A DNA stretch of 64,000 nt from assembly GCA_002104905.1 (NCBI GenBank), contig MCFE01000097.1:1-64000 (forward strand). The letters are read 5' to 3'. The stretch comes from Basidiobolus meristosporus CBS 931.73. Its lineage: Eukaryota; Fungi; Basidiobolomycota. Under the pieces are notes generated by a model that saw only the letters and a program-made list of their open reading frames with translations, did no database searches and was not told the DNA's origin. How positions within the stretch are numbered: the stretch's first letter is position 1; each line of letters starts with the position of its first letter. Of this stretch, positions 1 to 11,879 are shown in pieces. The position numbers were made by a program, and so were the translations under genes.

Positions 1-446
1 TCTGGTCAATAGTTATGAAGACAAAGAAGTACCTGTGCCTGTACAAGAACAAACTTGGGAAAGAATCAAATATAATAAAAGATACCAACTCTGAGTATTC
101 CTCACAAGTAGTGCCTTCAAGGCCAGTTGGCTATCAGCGCAGTTTCCTGGGAGTGTCCTGTGGTCTGGAGTTGGAAGTTCAGGTAGCAGTAGGTAGCAGT
201 GATCATGCCAATCAACAGGTTGATATATTGATAAAAGAAATGATGATTTGTTGTTGAGGGATTGTCTCCCTGATACACTTTTCTCACTGGCTAAGTGAAT
301 ACTAATCATGGTGTTCCAGTAGGTTCCAGAGATCAATACAAATCTTGATGACATCAGAATGAGCTAAGAGTATTCTAAGTAGGTGCCAGAATGTCCTAAG
401 AGGCACAGCAGATCCAACCCATCAGGAATCAGTACTCTGAAATCTG

Positions 447-746
447 TGTAACATAGGGATACCATATATGGTATAGAAATGGTAGGGATGGGGACACAGG
501 TTGATCATGTGCCACAGCTACTGGCACAGGTACCGGCCTAATATAGAAGCACCTACACCTAATAAGTGTACATTAGGTGAGGGATAACTTATGCACTAAG
601 GTAAGCAGGTGTGATAGTCAGCCAGCTTATGGGATAGTATTGATCAAGTAAGACAAATGGGATAAAACTAAAATAAGTGTAGTAGAGAAGTAGACAATAT
701 GGGAATGAGCACATCTGTCAGTGGGTGTCACTGTGACCCCACTACA
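447..746 (-). repeat. Putative LTR of an unidentified retroelement
   Basis: Minus strand reads TGTAGTGGGG...CCCTATGTTACA (TG...CA, 300 bp) and begins exactly where homology of the orphan repeat gene to 25180+ stops. No second copy, TSD or clear PBS seen. Confidence 0.3.
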
Positions 747-748
747 CC

Positions 749-1600
749 AGCCTCTTGAATATTAGCCCACTTTCATTATTGCACTCAACAGCTTCTCAGA
801 TCTTCCATGACTTTTGATTTTAGGCTTTTGCATCAATACCACATTGTCTCCCCCCCATTCTGCGATAGGTTTTCTGTGGGCTTTATCATTGGGCACTGTT
901 GATGTGCTTCAAAGACTATATGGTGTTCCTCTGCTGTTACATTGGAAAATGGCTTGAGTGACATTGAGCTACTTGAGTTCCTTCTTTGCAGCAAAGTTAT
1001 TGCTTTCCCTCCCAGGGATGTTGATTGCTCTACATGTATCATCCGCTCATCCTGTTTCTAGACTATTTCCTTATTTCTCTAGGCCACCACATCTATCCTA
1101 TCTGCCACTGCACCTAATTGCTCCACTAATGTTTTGGTGTGTGCTAACAACATACTTGCTCATAGGGGTGGTGGTGATGTTATGATGACAACCTGCTGGT
1201 CTTCAACTAAAGGTACTGTGTTTATTACATTCTCATCTATCTGAGCATAATGTTCAGCTTGCAACTCCACAGAGGTTTGCAGTTGCCTACTTGACTGAGA
1301 GCCTGAGGAGTCTGCAATATTACCTTCAGTTGGCACACTTTCAACATGGTCTTTTTTATATGTAGCCCTGCTTGTTGCACTGAATGGCAAAGCAAGCTGA
1401 TGTCCAACCATTCTTCTGCAGCCATCAGTGGCAAGGTTTGGTTGGGAACCAGACAACTTTGCTATTTTTTTGGTAGCATATATATGGAAGTGAGTTAAAC
1501 CAAAGGGAAAATAGTGTTACACATATGTATGTATGTGGTGCCACAACTTTATTTATAATGCTTACTTTGGTAGGTCATAATTGAATCTTACATTCATGTA
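749..1600 (-). pseudogene. Orphan repeated gene X, N-terminal fragment
   Basis: Colinear nucleotide homology with ~25170-26028, including upstream region. ORF pieces 1160-1456 and 833-1042 match 25708-25908, 25358-25636 and 25125-25466. Contains stops and frameshifts; no recognised domain. Confidence 0.7.
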
Positions 1601-1699
1601 GGTGCAATGTCTCAAATACAACACTGTCTTAAACTTGCATGGGTATTAATCAAAAGTGATACAATAGCATTGCATTGTTGAAGAACACACTGTTTGCCC

Positions 1700-2030
1700 C
1701 ATGGACAAGACTACTTTGATTCAGTGCCATAAGAAAAGAGAAAAAGACCATGTGGCTTTTGTAGCAAGCCTCTCAGCCATGAAGTATGCAGACAGCATAG
1801 GAAATGCAACAAGGCTCACAGCAAGTGTGATGCCACACAAGTCATATTTAATCCTTCATTAGTCACCACTGTACCAACATTATCTTGCCAGCCAGTTGAT
1901 ACTTCTATATTGGCACCTGGCCATCTTTGTCACCTTGCTCAAACTGAGTCAGGTGAGTTTGTGATGCCTTTTAGCTCTCCTCAGCCTTCTGAATATGGCA
2001 CATAGAGTGATAACTCTGACAAAGAAGGCT
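1700..2030 (+). pseudogene. Possible N-terminal Zn-finger part of the CACTA transposase
   Basis: Frame from 1751 reads CGFCSKPLSHEVCRQHRKCNKAH (CxxC...H), on the same strand as and upstream of the CACTA remnant at 4600+. Assignment is inference. Confidence 0.25.
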
Positions 2031-2725
2031 CACTGATGGATTGTGAGCCTTTCTCCCCTAACAACATTACCATGCATGAGCTCACAGTCAATGATCTTCA
2101 TCCTTATTGGCTGAGTAATACAATCAATTATGTGAGAGCTTCCATCAGCTGTTGAGATTGAAGTTGATTTAGTGGGTTCCCAGTTGATACCAGCCTTCAA
2201 AGCAAATTGCTCAGATATGTACTCATGCAATGCTCCTGAGTCAACCATGATCCTGTCAGGTACTCCATTATTTACTCCATTCAAATATAATATCATTCCT
2301 AAGATTGAGGTCATCAAGGATAGGTATTTGCTGTCATATCAAAGGTGTGCTCTGAGTCTTCTTTAAGCTCATCCCCCTTGTTACTATGCTCAAGGGCTTC
2401 TATATGGTTCAAGGTTCTTGATATCTGATGTCCATTTCTTCTCTGAGGGCAGTACTTTGCAATATGTCCCTGCTGGTGGCAATTGAAGCAAAGTCCTCTG
2501 TTCTTACATTCTTCCAAGGTAGGATTCTTCTGCATAGCATCTATTTCCATTGGCACTGGCTCTGATTGTCTTCTTTCATAGTGCTTGTAGCCTGTCTGAT
2601 TAGTTATTGTGGGCTTCCCAACACCAAACATAGTTGAATTGTTGGCAAGGGCAAGCTTGATGGCTTCTTCAATAGTCTGAGGTGTTTGACAAATCACTTC
2701 CTTGCAAGTTCCTTCTGTCAACCCA
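2030..2725 (-). mobile_element. Ty3/gypsy gag-protease fragment
   Basis: PVPMEIDA linker, CCHC knuckle CFNCHQQGHIAKYCP, then aspartic protease motif IMVDSGA in the next frame. No RT or LTRs attached. Confidence 0.85.
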
Positions 2726-2739
2726 TCAACAAGAATTCA

Positions 2740-4584
2740 ACTACTGAACTGGTCAGCAGTGCAACATGCTGACACATTTTTTTACTTGCCAAAGGCTCTG
2801 GTAGTGGAGGCATTTCATGTGGGTCATCATCAGTCAGTTCACCAGAAGTAACTTGCTGATGGTCAGGTGAGTTGGCATGTGCAGGTGCAACTTGATGTGC
2901 TAGCATAGCCCTTGGCTTAGTTTGATGTGATCTTGCTTATTGACACAACTTGGCCTGTCCCAAAGGACCTGTATCTGAGTTAGCAGCTCAACAAGTTCTG
3001 GTGGTTTTGCTCTGAAGCATGCATGTTGACCTCACACACATTGACACAGTGAGGAGTGCTCTTGTGAAGGGTGCTGGTATAGCTTGGAATGGAGTGCGCT
3101 GGCATGCTGAGGTTGCAAGGGATGGTAAGGAATCCAGCAAGGGGTGCCAGTGCAGCCTGGATGCTGTTGCTTGCAGTCTGCGTTCTTCCTCTTGATGCTC
3201 ACCTTCTGATTCCTCAAGGTATTCACTTACCTTCTGTCTAATACTTTGGAACTGTAGCCTGGATGAGTCCTGTGTATATTGCTCTTGGAAGCCACCTGGC
3301 TCTACTAATATTTCATATAGTACATTAGTCATTTGAGGCAAAGACACCTTCAAAACTTGCTCATTTCCCAAAGTTAAGGCACAAAAAGATGTGCTTGGAC
3401 TGTACTGAGCAAATTGCAAGCAAATTGTTTCTGTACGGCTTCCTCATCAAATTTCCTCACTCTCAGCTCATTTTTGCATTCAATACTTGTCTTGTTATAT
3501 AACTTCTTACATACATCTGCTGGCATCTTGATGTAGAGCTTATGTCACAACATTCTACTCATATTCTTTCATCTTTGTCAACTCTCTGAGGTATCTGGTT
3601 CTGCAAGATTAATGAGTAGTGCCCAAATACCTATATGAAGGCTCATCATAGACACTTGGACCACACTAAATTTATTGGGCAAGAATTCCAATAGATCCAG
3701 CATTGACTTCTCTAGCCCTGACTGTGCTTGTGAGCTGTTGGATGGGTTTTGTCAGGGTTGTACTAAGGGTGAGTTGAGACTTGGTACAAGGACCATAGTG
3801 ATGGATTTGGATACTTATACAGTGGTGTATTGGCATCAACCAGGTCTTATGTGAAATAGATATGAAAACTAATGAGATTGTTGAATTTTTGTTATGTTAT
3901 GCATGATGCATCTTGGATTGAATTGTCATGGATTGGATCCCATCTATTGCAGATCTCAAATTTGATTATAGACTTGTTTGTAAAGCATCAATAAAAATAC
4001 CAAGTCATTGTTATACAATGATTTTTGCAACATAATGATGGATTCATGGAAACTGATGGAGATTTAATCATAATGCATGGAAAGTCATATAAATAAGGCT
4101 GATGGTACTAAATTGATTCAAATTACCTCAGCCCAATTGCCTACCAATTTCAAAGTGACTCACTCATCATATTGTGTGCTTAACAAGAAGAAGCTCTCAA
4201 TTAGATACTTAATCATCATAGAGTGAGGGTAGAGCATTCATTTGGATCTCTGAAGAGACTAAGCATATTGGCAGGTAGATATATAGGAGAGTTATATAAA
4301 GGAGAAAACCGTGGAATAGCTGAAATAGTTAAGATACTCATCAATACACAGTATTTTCATACAAGTAGACTTCCACTGAGAGAAATGTGTCAGTAGCATT
4401 TTGAAGAGTATATAAAGCAATCAAAGCACTACTCTGAGCAACATAAGTAAGATTTAGTAAGTTTACCAGTAGCTGTATCCTACCACTGGCATTATGGTAG
4501 AAATTATAGTGCCAGACGGTGCCATACAGTGCCAAATCAATCCAGCACTATAAAAAGGCTAGCACTATCTAACAGAACAAGTCT
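2740..4584 (+). mobile_element. PHIS (PIF/Harbinger-like) DNA transposon, truncated and internally deleted copy
   Basis: Inverted homolog of 14145-17000. Ends in TIR ...AACAAGTCT (4584) followed by ACT. Transposase C-terminus HRVRVEHSFGSLKR is kept (stop 4448-4450) but the ~620 bp carrying the first catalytic motifs is deleted near 4170. ORF2 remnant on minus strand ~2990-3750. Confidence 0.8.
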
Positions 4585-4599
4585 ACTATGTGCATGGTA

Positions 4600-6350
4600 T
4601 AAATGAACAACTGTTATGTGGCTGGCAATATATATCCAGAGACAATCCTGATACTAGCATGTATTAACAGTTGTATGACATTCACCTCAGAAATGCAACC
4701 ATTGAAAAGTATTCAGCTTGGCAGGAATCCTGTATCATTGGGGAAGACATTGTTCATACTTCAGATATATTCCGGTAATACCCCATCTGAAGAAGCTCAT
4801 GCAGTCCAACAAATAATGTGAGGCTATAAAGTTTGGCACTAAGTTTCAATCAAGTGCAAACATACCCAATATATTTGATGGCATACATTACAAACAGCTA
4901 AAATGGACAGGCTACTATGAAGGTATGAACAACAATGCACTTCCCTTGGCACTTGATGGATTCTCAGGTATTCTGCTAGCAAATCCTGCTGGCCACTGAT
5001 TCTCATCAACCTGAATTTGCTACCTATCTTAAGGTATGAGAGCCAAATCTGATGGTAGTCTCACTGGTATCTGGGACTAAATCACCATTCAACCTGGATA
5101 GCTACCTGTATCCATTGCTGGATGCACTTTGTAGGCTTTCAAGCAGGATAATATAGATGGCTGTCATGTCAAAGCACATATCATTATCTGCATTGGAGAT
5201 ACCCCAGCCATCAGCAAGGAAGCTTGCTATCCAGGCACATTTAAAGGCATTGCTGCCTATTGTGTGAGATCTGGGGGATTTACTTCATAACTCACACTTA
5301 TTATCAATAACTTAACAACCAAACATAAACACAAGAACATTGTCTTCCTGAGAGAACATACAGAAGTCAGCATACAATTGCAGCAAAGATGGTAGGCTAT
5401 TAGCTATTGGCTGGAATATCGAATTAATCAGAAACCAGAGATACTCAACATAGAAGGAATCTGTTTGAGTAAAACCTTTTCACTGGGAGCTGTAGATCTA
5501 CTTTTCAATAATATTCCTGTACTGATGACCAAGTTGTACATGTAGCATTTTGTGCTGAATGAGCACCTTGGTATACTGGAGATATTTGAGAGAATTGGCA
5601 AGATGTTACAGAGTATCTGCTATCCTAGGTGTTTTTCACAGGCTCCAATCAACATTCACACTCATCTGCAACAATACAAGTGCAAGGTTTTGATGAACTG
5701 CATATGTATTAATTGAATCAGCCTTTTGAAGCTATCTCAACCTAGAATTAATTAGAAGCATTGGGAGCCATATGTAGTCATAGTATAAATACTGATCCAG
5801 AAGCAGATCACTAACACCAACCTAACAGTTTTACTAAAGTTGTTTGTAATAAGATTTAAGCAGCTACACTACTAGTATAAGGTTAACTGTGTAGAGCACT
5901 GCCACCACTGAATCCATACTCCGCTCCATGTTGCTTGGTGTGTGGAAACTATTGGGCCTTGCTTCACCTTTTGAGAGTTTCGTATGGGGCAGATGTGTAG
6001 GGAGATAGGAAGATGAGTCAAGTTGCAAGTACTACCATATCCCAATTTCATCAAGAATATTAACTTTTAGTCTGTTATAGGTGAGATGAGTTGGCTCATG
6101 GGGGACAGCCAGGAAGAGTCAGAGAATACTCAGTACCGATGTGCACATAGAAACACTTATGCCTATAGCATTAAGAAGCTAACTAGCCCCAATGTGCGGG
6201 TCACCAGTAAAATAATGCAAAGTTGAGTTGGGTGCAACAAGCAACTTGATTTTATTAGGAAAACTCTACCAAGGTATGCCAAATTTCTCTTGGTCACAAG
6301 CCAATTTCTACACCTTCAATATTGATTTCCTACAAACAAGAGCTGGAGTG
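4600..6350 (+). pseudogene. CACTA/EnSpm (CMC) transposase remnant
   Basis: Ordered motifs across frameshifts: CINSCMTF, YIPVIPHLKKL, NIFDGIHYKQL, LALDGF, SCWPLILINLNL, GTKSPFNLDSYLYPLLD, GDTPAISK, FSQAPINIHTHLQQYK, HVAWCVETIGPCFTF*EF. This order matches Transposase_21/Tnp2-type proteins. Confidence 0.8.
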
Positions 6351-6719
6351 TGTTGAAATATTGGACTATTTGGTATCATTCAGCAGCTAAATATTTATTT
6401 AACAGTTCTAGACTAGTCTTGGTCAATGAAGGACTAATTTGCAGTCCTAACTTTGCCAGTTTCCTCACATCTATGATCTTTTGATTATTCCCCCATGGTG
6501 AGGATCACATTAGCACTTTGACCAAGCATTATGTACTAACCCTGAAACTGCTACAGAATGCTTCTGAATATTGAGAAACCCTCCTTACTTAGTGTTACTG
6601 CTGTATTACCTCTACAAAGGTATAATTACTGATCCTCTTTATGAATAAACAACAGATCAAGTATTTTCACTTTATCTTGATAAGTTCCTTATATCCAGAT
6701 CACTTCTCAAATTGCAACA
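6351..6719 (+). repeat. 5' LTR, copia family A
   Basis: TGTTGAAATA...TTGCAACA; homologous to 10905-11273. Confidence 0.92.
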
Positions 6720-8552
6720 GGTTATGAGCCTCAATTGCCTTAACCTATTCTAAGGATGACTTCTACCACCAAACAGAGCAACACAAACAGCTTCCCTGTA
6801 AAGGAGAGGTTTGATGGGAAGAACTACCTACTTTGGAGAATCAAGATGCAGATCCTCCTTGCAGAAAGAAAGCTTTGGAATACAGTAGCAGGGAACCCAA
6901 AGGAGCAGCAGAAAAGTGGAGAAGTTTTAAGAGAAGTAGAAAAAGGCCTTTGATGCTATATGTATCAATGTGCAAGATTCCTTCATTGGACAAATACATG
7001 CTTCATATACTGGCAAAGCAGCATGTGAATCTTTAGAGAAGATCATTAGTGCAAAGTCAGTATTAAGCAAGCTTTATTCAAAGCAAAAGTTCTTCAACAA
7101 ATGGAAGAAGCCAGATGATGAGATGACACAACTCATTACTAGAGTGGAGACTCTTGCAGAAGAGTTCTACAGCACTAATGCTGGTGTAGATGATGAACAA
7201 AAGATACACTGTCAGCTTTGCAGCCTACCAGACATGTATGATCCACTCATACTTTCTTTTGAAAGCAGAGAAGACAACTTGACTTTGGACTATGTCAAAG
7301 GCAGACTTCTCTATGAAGAACTCAGGTGTAATGATCAAGCAGAGAAAATTGAAGAAAATGCTTTATTAAGCTCAGAAAGGGACGCAGAAAAGAAGGGAAA
7401 GCAACAAAACCAAAGATAACCTGGTTGCTGTAACTACAGTAAGAAGCCAGAATACTGGGCAAGAGAATGCAACAAGAAACAAGTAGACAGAAAACAGAAA
7501 CTAGAGCAGGCAAACCATATAAATACTGATGAACAGTTATTTGTGACTGTACAAGATGGTGCAAGTAACGAAAGTAATGAATGGTAAACTGACTCTGGAG
7601 TATCACAGCATATTTGTGGTATAAAGGAGTGGTTCAGCAATTTAAAGACTATTCCTGTGAGAAAGGTGTATCTGGGAGACAACTCTGCACTAGAAGCTAC
7701 AGCCAGTGGGTTTCTACTACCAAATATGAGTGATATCTCAGAGGCTACAGCAGTAAAGCTGACTGACATAATTTACGTACCTGGAATAGCTAAGAATCTA
7801 CTCTGAGTCAGTAAAGCAACTGCTCAGGGACTGAAATTTGCTCTTACTAAGCTCAACTGCTCAACACTGAGTGAAAATGGACAATTATTAGCTTTGGGAG
7901 CCAGAGATCACAGTTTATACTAGTTACAATGCAAGATCATTGTACCTGAGTTTGCCAACATTGCTGAAGCTGATGGAACTAACTGGGAGATATTGCATAG
8001 AATGCTAGGACACATTAGGGAACAGACAATGAGCCAACTGGTGAGAAATGAGCTTGCTTCAGGCCTAATTTTACTCAGTGGCAATCAAATAGAGTTTCTG
8101 TAAGGGATGCTCATATGGCAAACAAGCTAGGCAACATTTCAGGAGCTCAAGAGGCATCAACACCACCAAAGTTCTGGCTATTGTACACTCAGATATATGT
8201 GGGCCCATGAGAACACAGACTTTTTAGCTTAGAGATACTATATGACTTTTGTTGATGACAAGACAATACAGACATGGGTATACTTCCTCAAACAAGGATG
8301 AGGCTTTAGAGATGCCTAAACACTTCAAGAATATGGCAGAAACACAAACTGAGTGTATATTGAAGATACTTCAGAGTGACAATGGAGGGGTATACTGCTC
8401 AAAGGAGTTTACAAAATACTGCTTATCTACTTATATAACTCCACAGACCATTGTTCCACATACTCCACAGCAAAATGGAGTAGCAGAACATGCAAATAGA
8501 ACAATTGTGGAGATGGTAAGATCTATGCTACATGATAAGGGAATGGACTACA

Positions 8553-9067
8553 AGTTTTGAGCTGATTCTATTGCTACCATGGTTTACATCAAGAATAGAT
8601 GCCCATCAACAGCACTACATGATTCTACACCCATTGAAGCATCTACAGGCAATTAACCTGACCTCCAGCACCTCAGGATCTTTGGCAGTGATGTCTTTTA
8701 TCACATCCCTGAAAAAAAAGCTCAAAGCTGGGACCAAAGAGTAGAAAAGGTATCTTTCTTGGGTATTGTGATGATACTAAAGGGTATAAAGTGTAATATG
8801 GCAAAATTCAGTTTTGAGCTGAATCTGTTGCTACCATGGTACACATCAAGAATACATGCCCAACAACAGCACTACATGATTCTACACCCATTGAAGCATA
8901 TACAGGCAAAAAAACCAGATTTCCAGCACCTTAGGATCCTTGGCAGTAATGTCTTTGATCACATCCCTGACAAAAAATGCGCAAAGCTGGAACCAAAGAG
9001 TAGAAAAGGGATCTTTCTTGGGTATTGTGATGACACTAAAGGGTATAGAGTGTAATATGGCAAAATT
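8553..9067 (+). repeat. ~258-bp tandem duplication inside copia-A integrase C-terminal region
   Basis: AGTTTTGAGCTG...GTAATATGGCAAAATTC occurs at 8553 and again at 8810; the copies have diverged. Confidence 0.9.
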
Positions 9068-10904
9068 CAGAGGCTCATCACAAGCAGGGATGTGGTATTT
9101 GAGGAGAATTCAGATCAGCAAGCTGCAGGTATTATTGGCCAGCTGCCCAATGATGAAATCAGCGTTAATGAAGATGATATGTACAATATTCAGCCATATA
9201 CCAAAGACAATTCCACCAGTTCCAGATCAGAGCAGATTATCCCAGTTGGGAGCTCTACCATAATCAGAGATGCCCTTGGTTCCTGGTGGCAGATATCCAG
9301 TGATCATGAAGCTGCTTCTCTTGCCTTATGTGCCAAACCTCAGATTCTGGAACAGGCAATGCAAAGTCCAGATGCTACTATTTGGCAACAAGCCATGCAG
9401 GAGGATTATCAATCATTGATCAAAGCAAAAACATGGGAACAGGTAAATCACCAAATGGACAATGCCAATAGAATGTAGATGGGTCTACAATACCAAGATT
9501 ACCTCAAATGGTACTGTTGATAAGTACACGGCTAGATTGGTAGCTAAAGGCTATTCCCAGATCCAGGGACTAGACTTTAAGGCATCATTTGCTCTGGTTG
9601 CCAGGTTTAACTCCATTAGGACTGTTCTAGCCCTGGTATCTGTACACAGTCAATATCTACACCAAATGGACGTCAAAGCAGTCTTTTTAATTGGGGATTT
9701 GCAAGAAACTATTTATATGCAGCAACCAGATGACTTTACCATTCCAAAAGGCTCCCATAAGGTGTTCAGAATCAGAAAGCTGTTGTATGGCTTGAGTAGG
9801 CACCTAGAGCATGGTGTAACAAGATTGACAAATATCTAGAGGAGATTAGGTTCAGATGTAGCACTGCAGACCAGTGTATATATGTGAAACAGCTCAACAA
9901 GGGTGTGATTATCCTATTTCTTTGTGTGGCTGACCTACTAAAAGCTACCAGTGACCAGGAGGCACTTAAGCAGACATAATCAGATCTCTTCAACAAGTTT
10001 GAGATGAAAGATCTAGGAAAATTGAGCTATTTTCTTGGAATTAAAGTGAATCACAACATAGCTACACAGAAAGCTGTGCTGAATCAGTCTAGGTACATCA
10101 GCAACATTCATAGACGCTTTAAAATGGATAATTGTAAGCCTGCAGCTACCTCTATGGACATTAATTGAAAATTGAGCAAGTCAGCCAGTTTTAGGTGAAA
10201 ACTGCTCAACTACAGACCAAAACTCTTCCTATCAATCAATGATTGGTAGCCTCATGTACTTGATGGCTTCTTAACATCCATATATTGCAGTGGCAGTTGA
10301 AAAAGTTGGTCAATTCATACAGAATTATGGATCAAATCAAATTACAGCAATTAGGCAGATTTTCTGATATCCACAAGGTACCATATATATGGTAATAGAA
10401 TACTTTGGAGCAGCTAATAGGCAAATATTTGATGGTTATAGTGATTTAGATTGGGGTAGAGATCTGATTGACATATACTCTAACACTGGGTATGTATTTC
10501 TTTATGCTGGTGCAGCTATTACTTGGAATTGCAAGAAACAACCAACTGTGGCCCTATCTACAACTGAAACTGAATATATTGCTGCTTGCCAAGCAACTAA
10601 GGAGGCTATATGGCTACGCAAATTATTTAAGAGCTTCAATTTAACTCAGATGAACCAACCTGTATTTACAAGATAATCAAATTTGTATTTCATAGCTGGA
10701 AATCCTACTAATGACACCAAAACTAAGCAAATAGATATACAACACCACTTTGGGAGGGAAGCTGTAGAAAATAACTTAGTAGAGTTAGTTTACTGTCTAA
10801 CTGACAAAATGGCGGCAGATATACTGACAAAACCACTAGCTAGACCATAAGTTAAGAATCTCAGAGAGGAACTAGGATTAAGAAATTATTTAGTTGAGGG
10901 GGAG

Positions 10905-11273
10905 TGATGCAATATTGGACTATTTGGTATCATTTAGCAGCTAAATATTTACTTAACAGTTCTAGACTAGTCTTGGCTGCTGTAGGGCTAATTTGCAGCC
11001 CCTACTCTGCCAGTTTCTTTGCATCTATGACCCTATGATTATTCCCCTTTAAGGAAGATTAAACTAACACTTTTTACCAACATTATGTACCAATCCTGAA
11101 ACTGTTACAGAATGCTCCTGAATGTTGAGAAACCCTCCTTACTTAGTGTTACTGCTGTATTACTTCTACAAAGGTTCAAATAATGATCCTCCTTTTGAAT
11201 AAACAGCTGTTCAACTGTTGTCACTATATTATGATAAGTTCCTTATATCCAAATCACTTCTTAAATTGCAACA
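10905..11273 (+). repeat. 3' LTR, copia family A
   Basis: TGATGCAATA...TTGCAACA directly after the PPT. Confidence 0.92.
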
Positions 11274-11470
11274 GTGTGCACCTATAAGAGGGACAAGAAT
11301 CCAGCAGGGAGAAGAAATATATTGGCTAAATACAAAAAAGTACTTTGCAGATATTCAGGAGGTATTCATGGCGGATGTAGTGGCAACAAAGCATATGTTT
11401 GCAAGGTGTATATGTTAGTTACCAGCAGTACAAAGTAAATTGCAACTTTGCAAGTATCACACTAAAAAGC
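11274..11470 (+). pseudogene. Continuation of the CACTA transposase beyond the copia insertion
   Basis: Contiguous with 6350 once the TSD-bounded copia is removed. KYFADIQEVFMADVVATKHMFARCI resembles the C-terminal YFxEVxxFF...hxlA pattern of these transposases. Confidence 0.5.
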
Positions 11471-11879
11471 CACAAAGTTGAGGTCATATCAATATGTCTA
11501 TTGTGGCAGGTATGGGCATTTGTAGTGGTTGGTATGCATGAGGCCATAGTTTTTTTTGACTTGAACTATTTGTTGAATACCCAAGGTAGTAGTGGGTAAG
11601 CAAATAAAGTGGGCCAATACTGCAGTGAAGTATATTAATTGCGCAAGGGGAGGTAGAAAAAGAAATGCCATTTAGTAAATTACTACAGTAGCATTATACA
11701 GAACTAGTTGTAGGGCGCCATAATGCCATTATAATGTCATTGGAGGCTTGCAATGAGGCTGTCAAAACTCCATCAAGTTTCTTGTCATACCAGGCAATGA
11801 GATATACTGGCTGGTTAGATCCACTGAAGTGGTTATGGAGCTCACTAAGACTGCAACAATACCATGCCACCCTTAGCAA

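Larger units (their letters stand above)
6351..11273 (+). mobile_element. Full-length degenerate Ty1/copia LTR retrotransposon (family A)
   Basis: Paired LTRs, PBS GGTTATGAGCC at 6720, PPT AGTTGAGGGGGAG before 10905, TSD GAGTG/GTGTG. Internal order: gag (RFDGKNYLLW, DYVKGRLLYEE), protease (DSGVSQH), integrase (HSDICGPM, QSDNGG, QQNGVAE), RT (ARLVAKG, HQMDVK), RNase H (GYSDLDW, LSTTETEY). Many stops and frameshifts. Confidence 0.95.

Noticed and set aside
11380-11440. Minus-strand HIPCKHML resembling a SWIM finger of a MULE transposase
   Set aside because: The CxC half is missing, and the plus strand is better explained as the continuation of the CACTA transposase.
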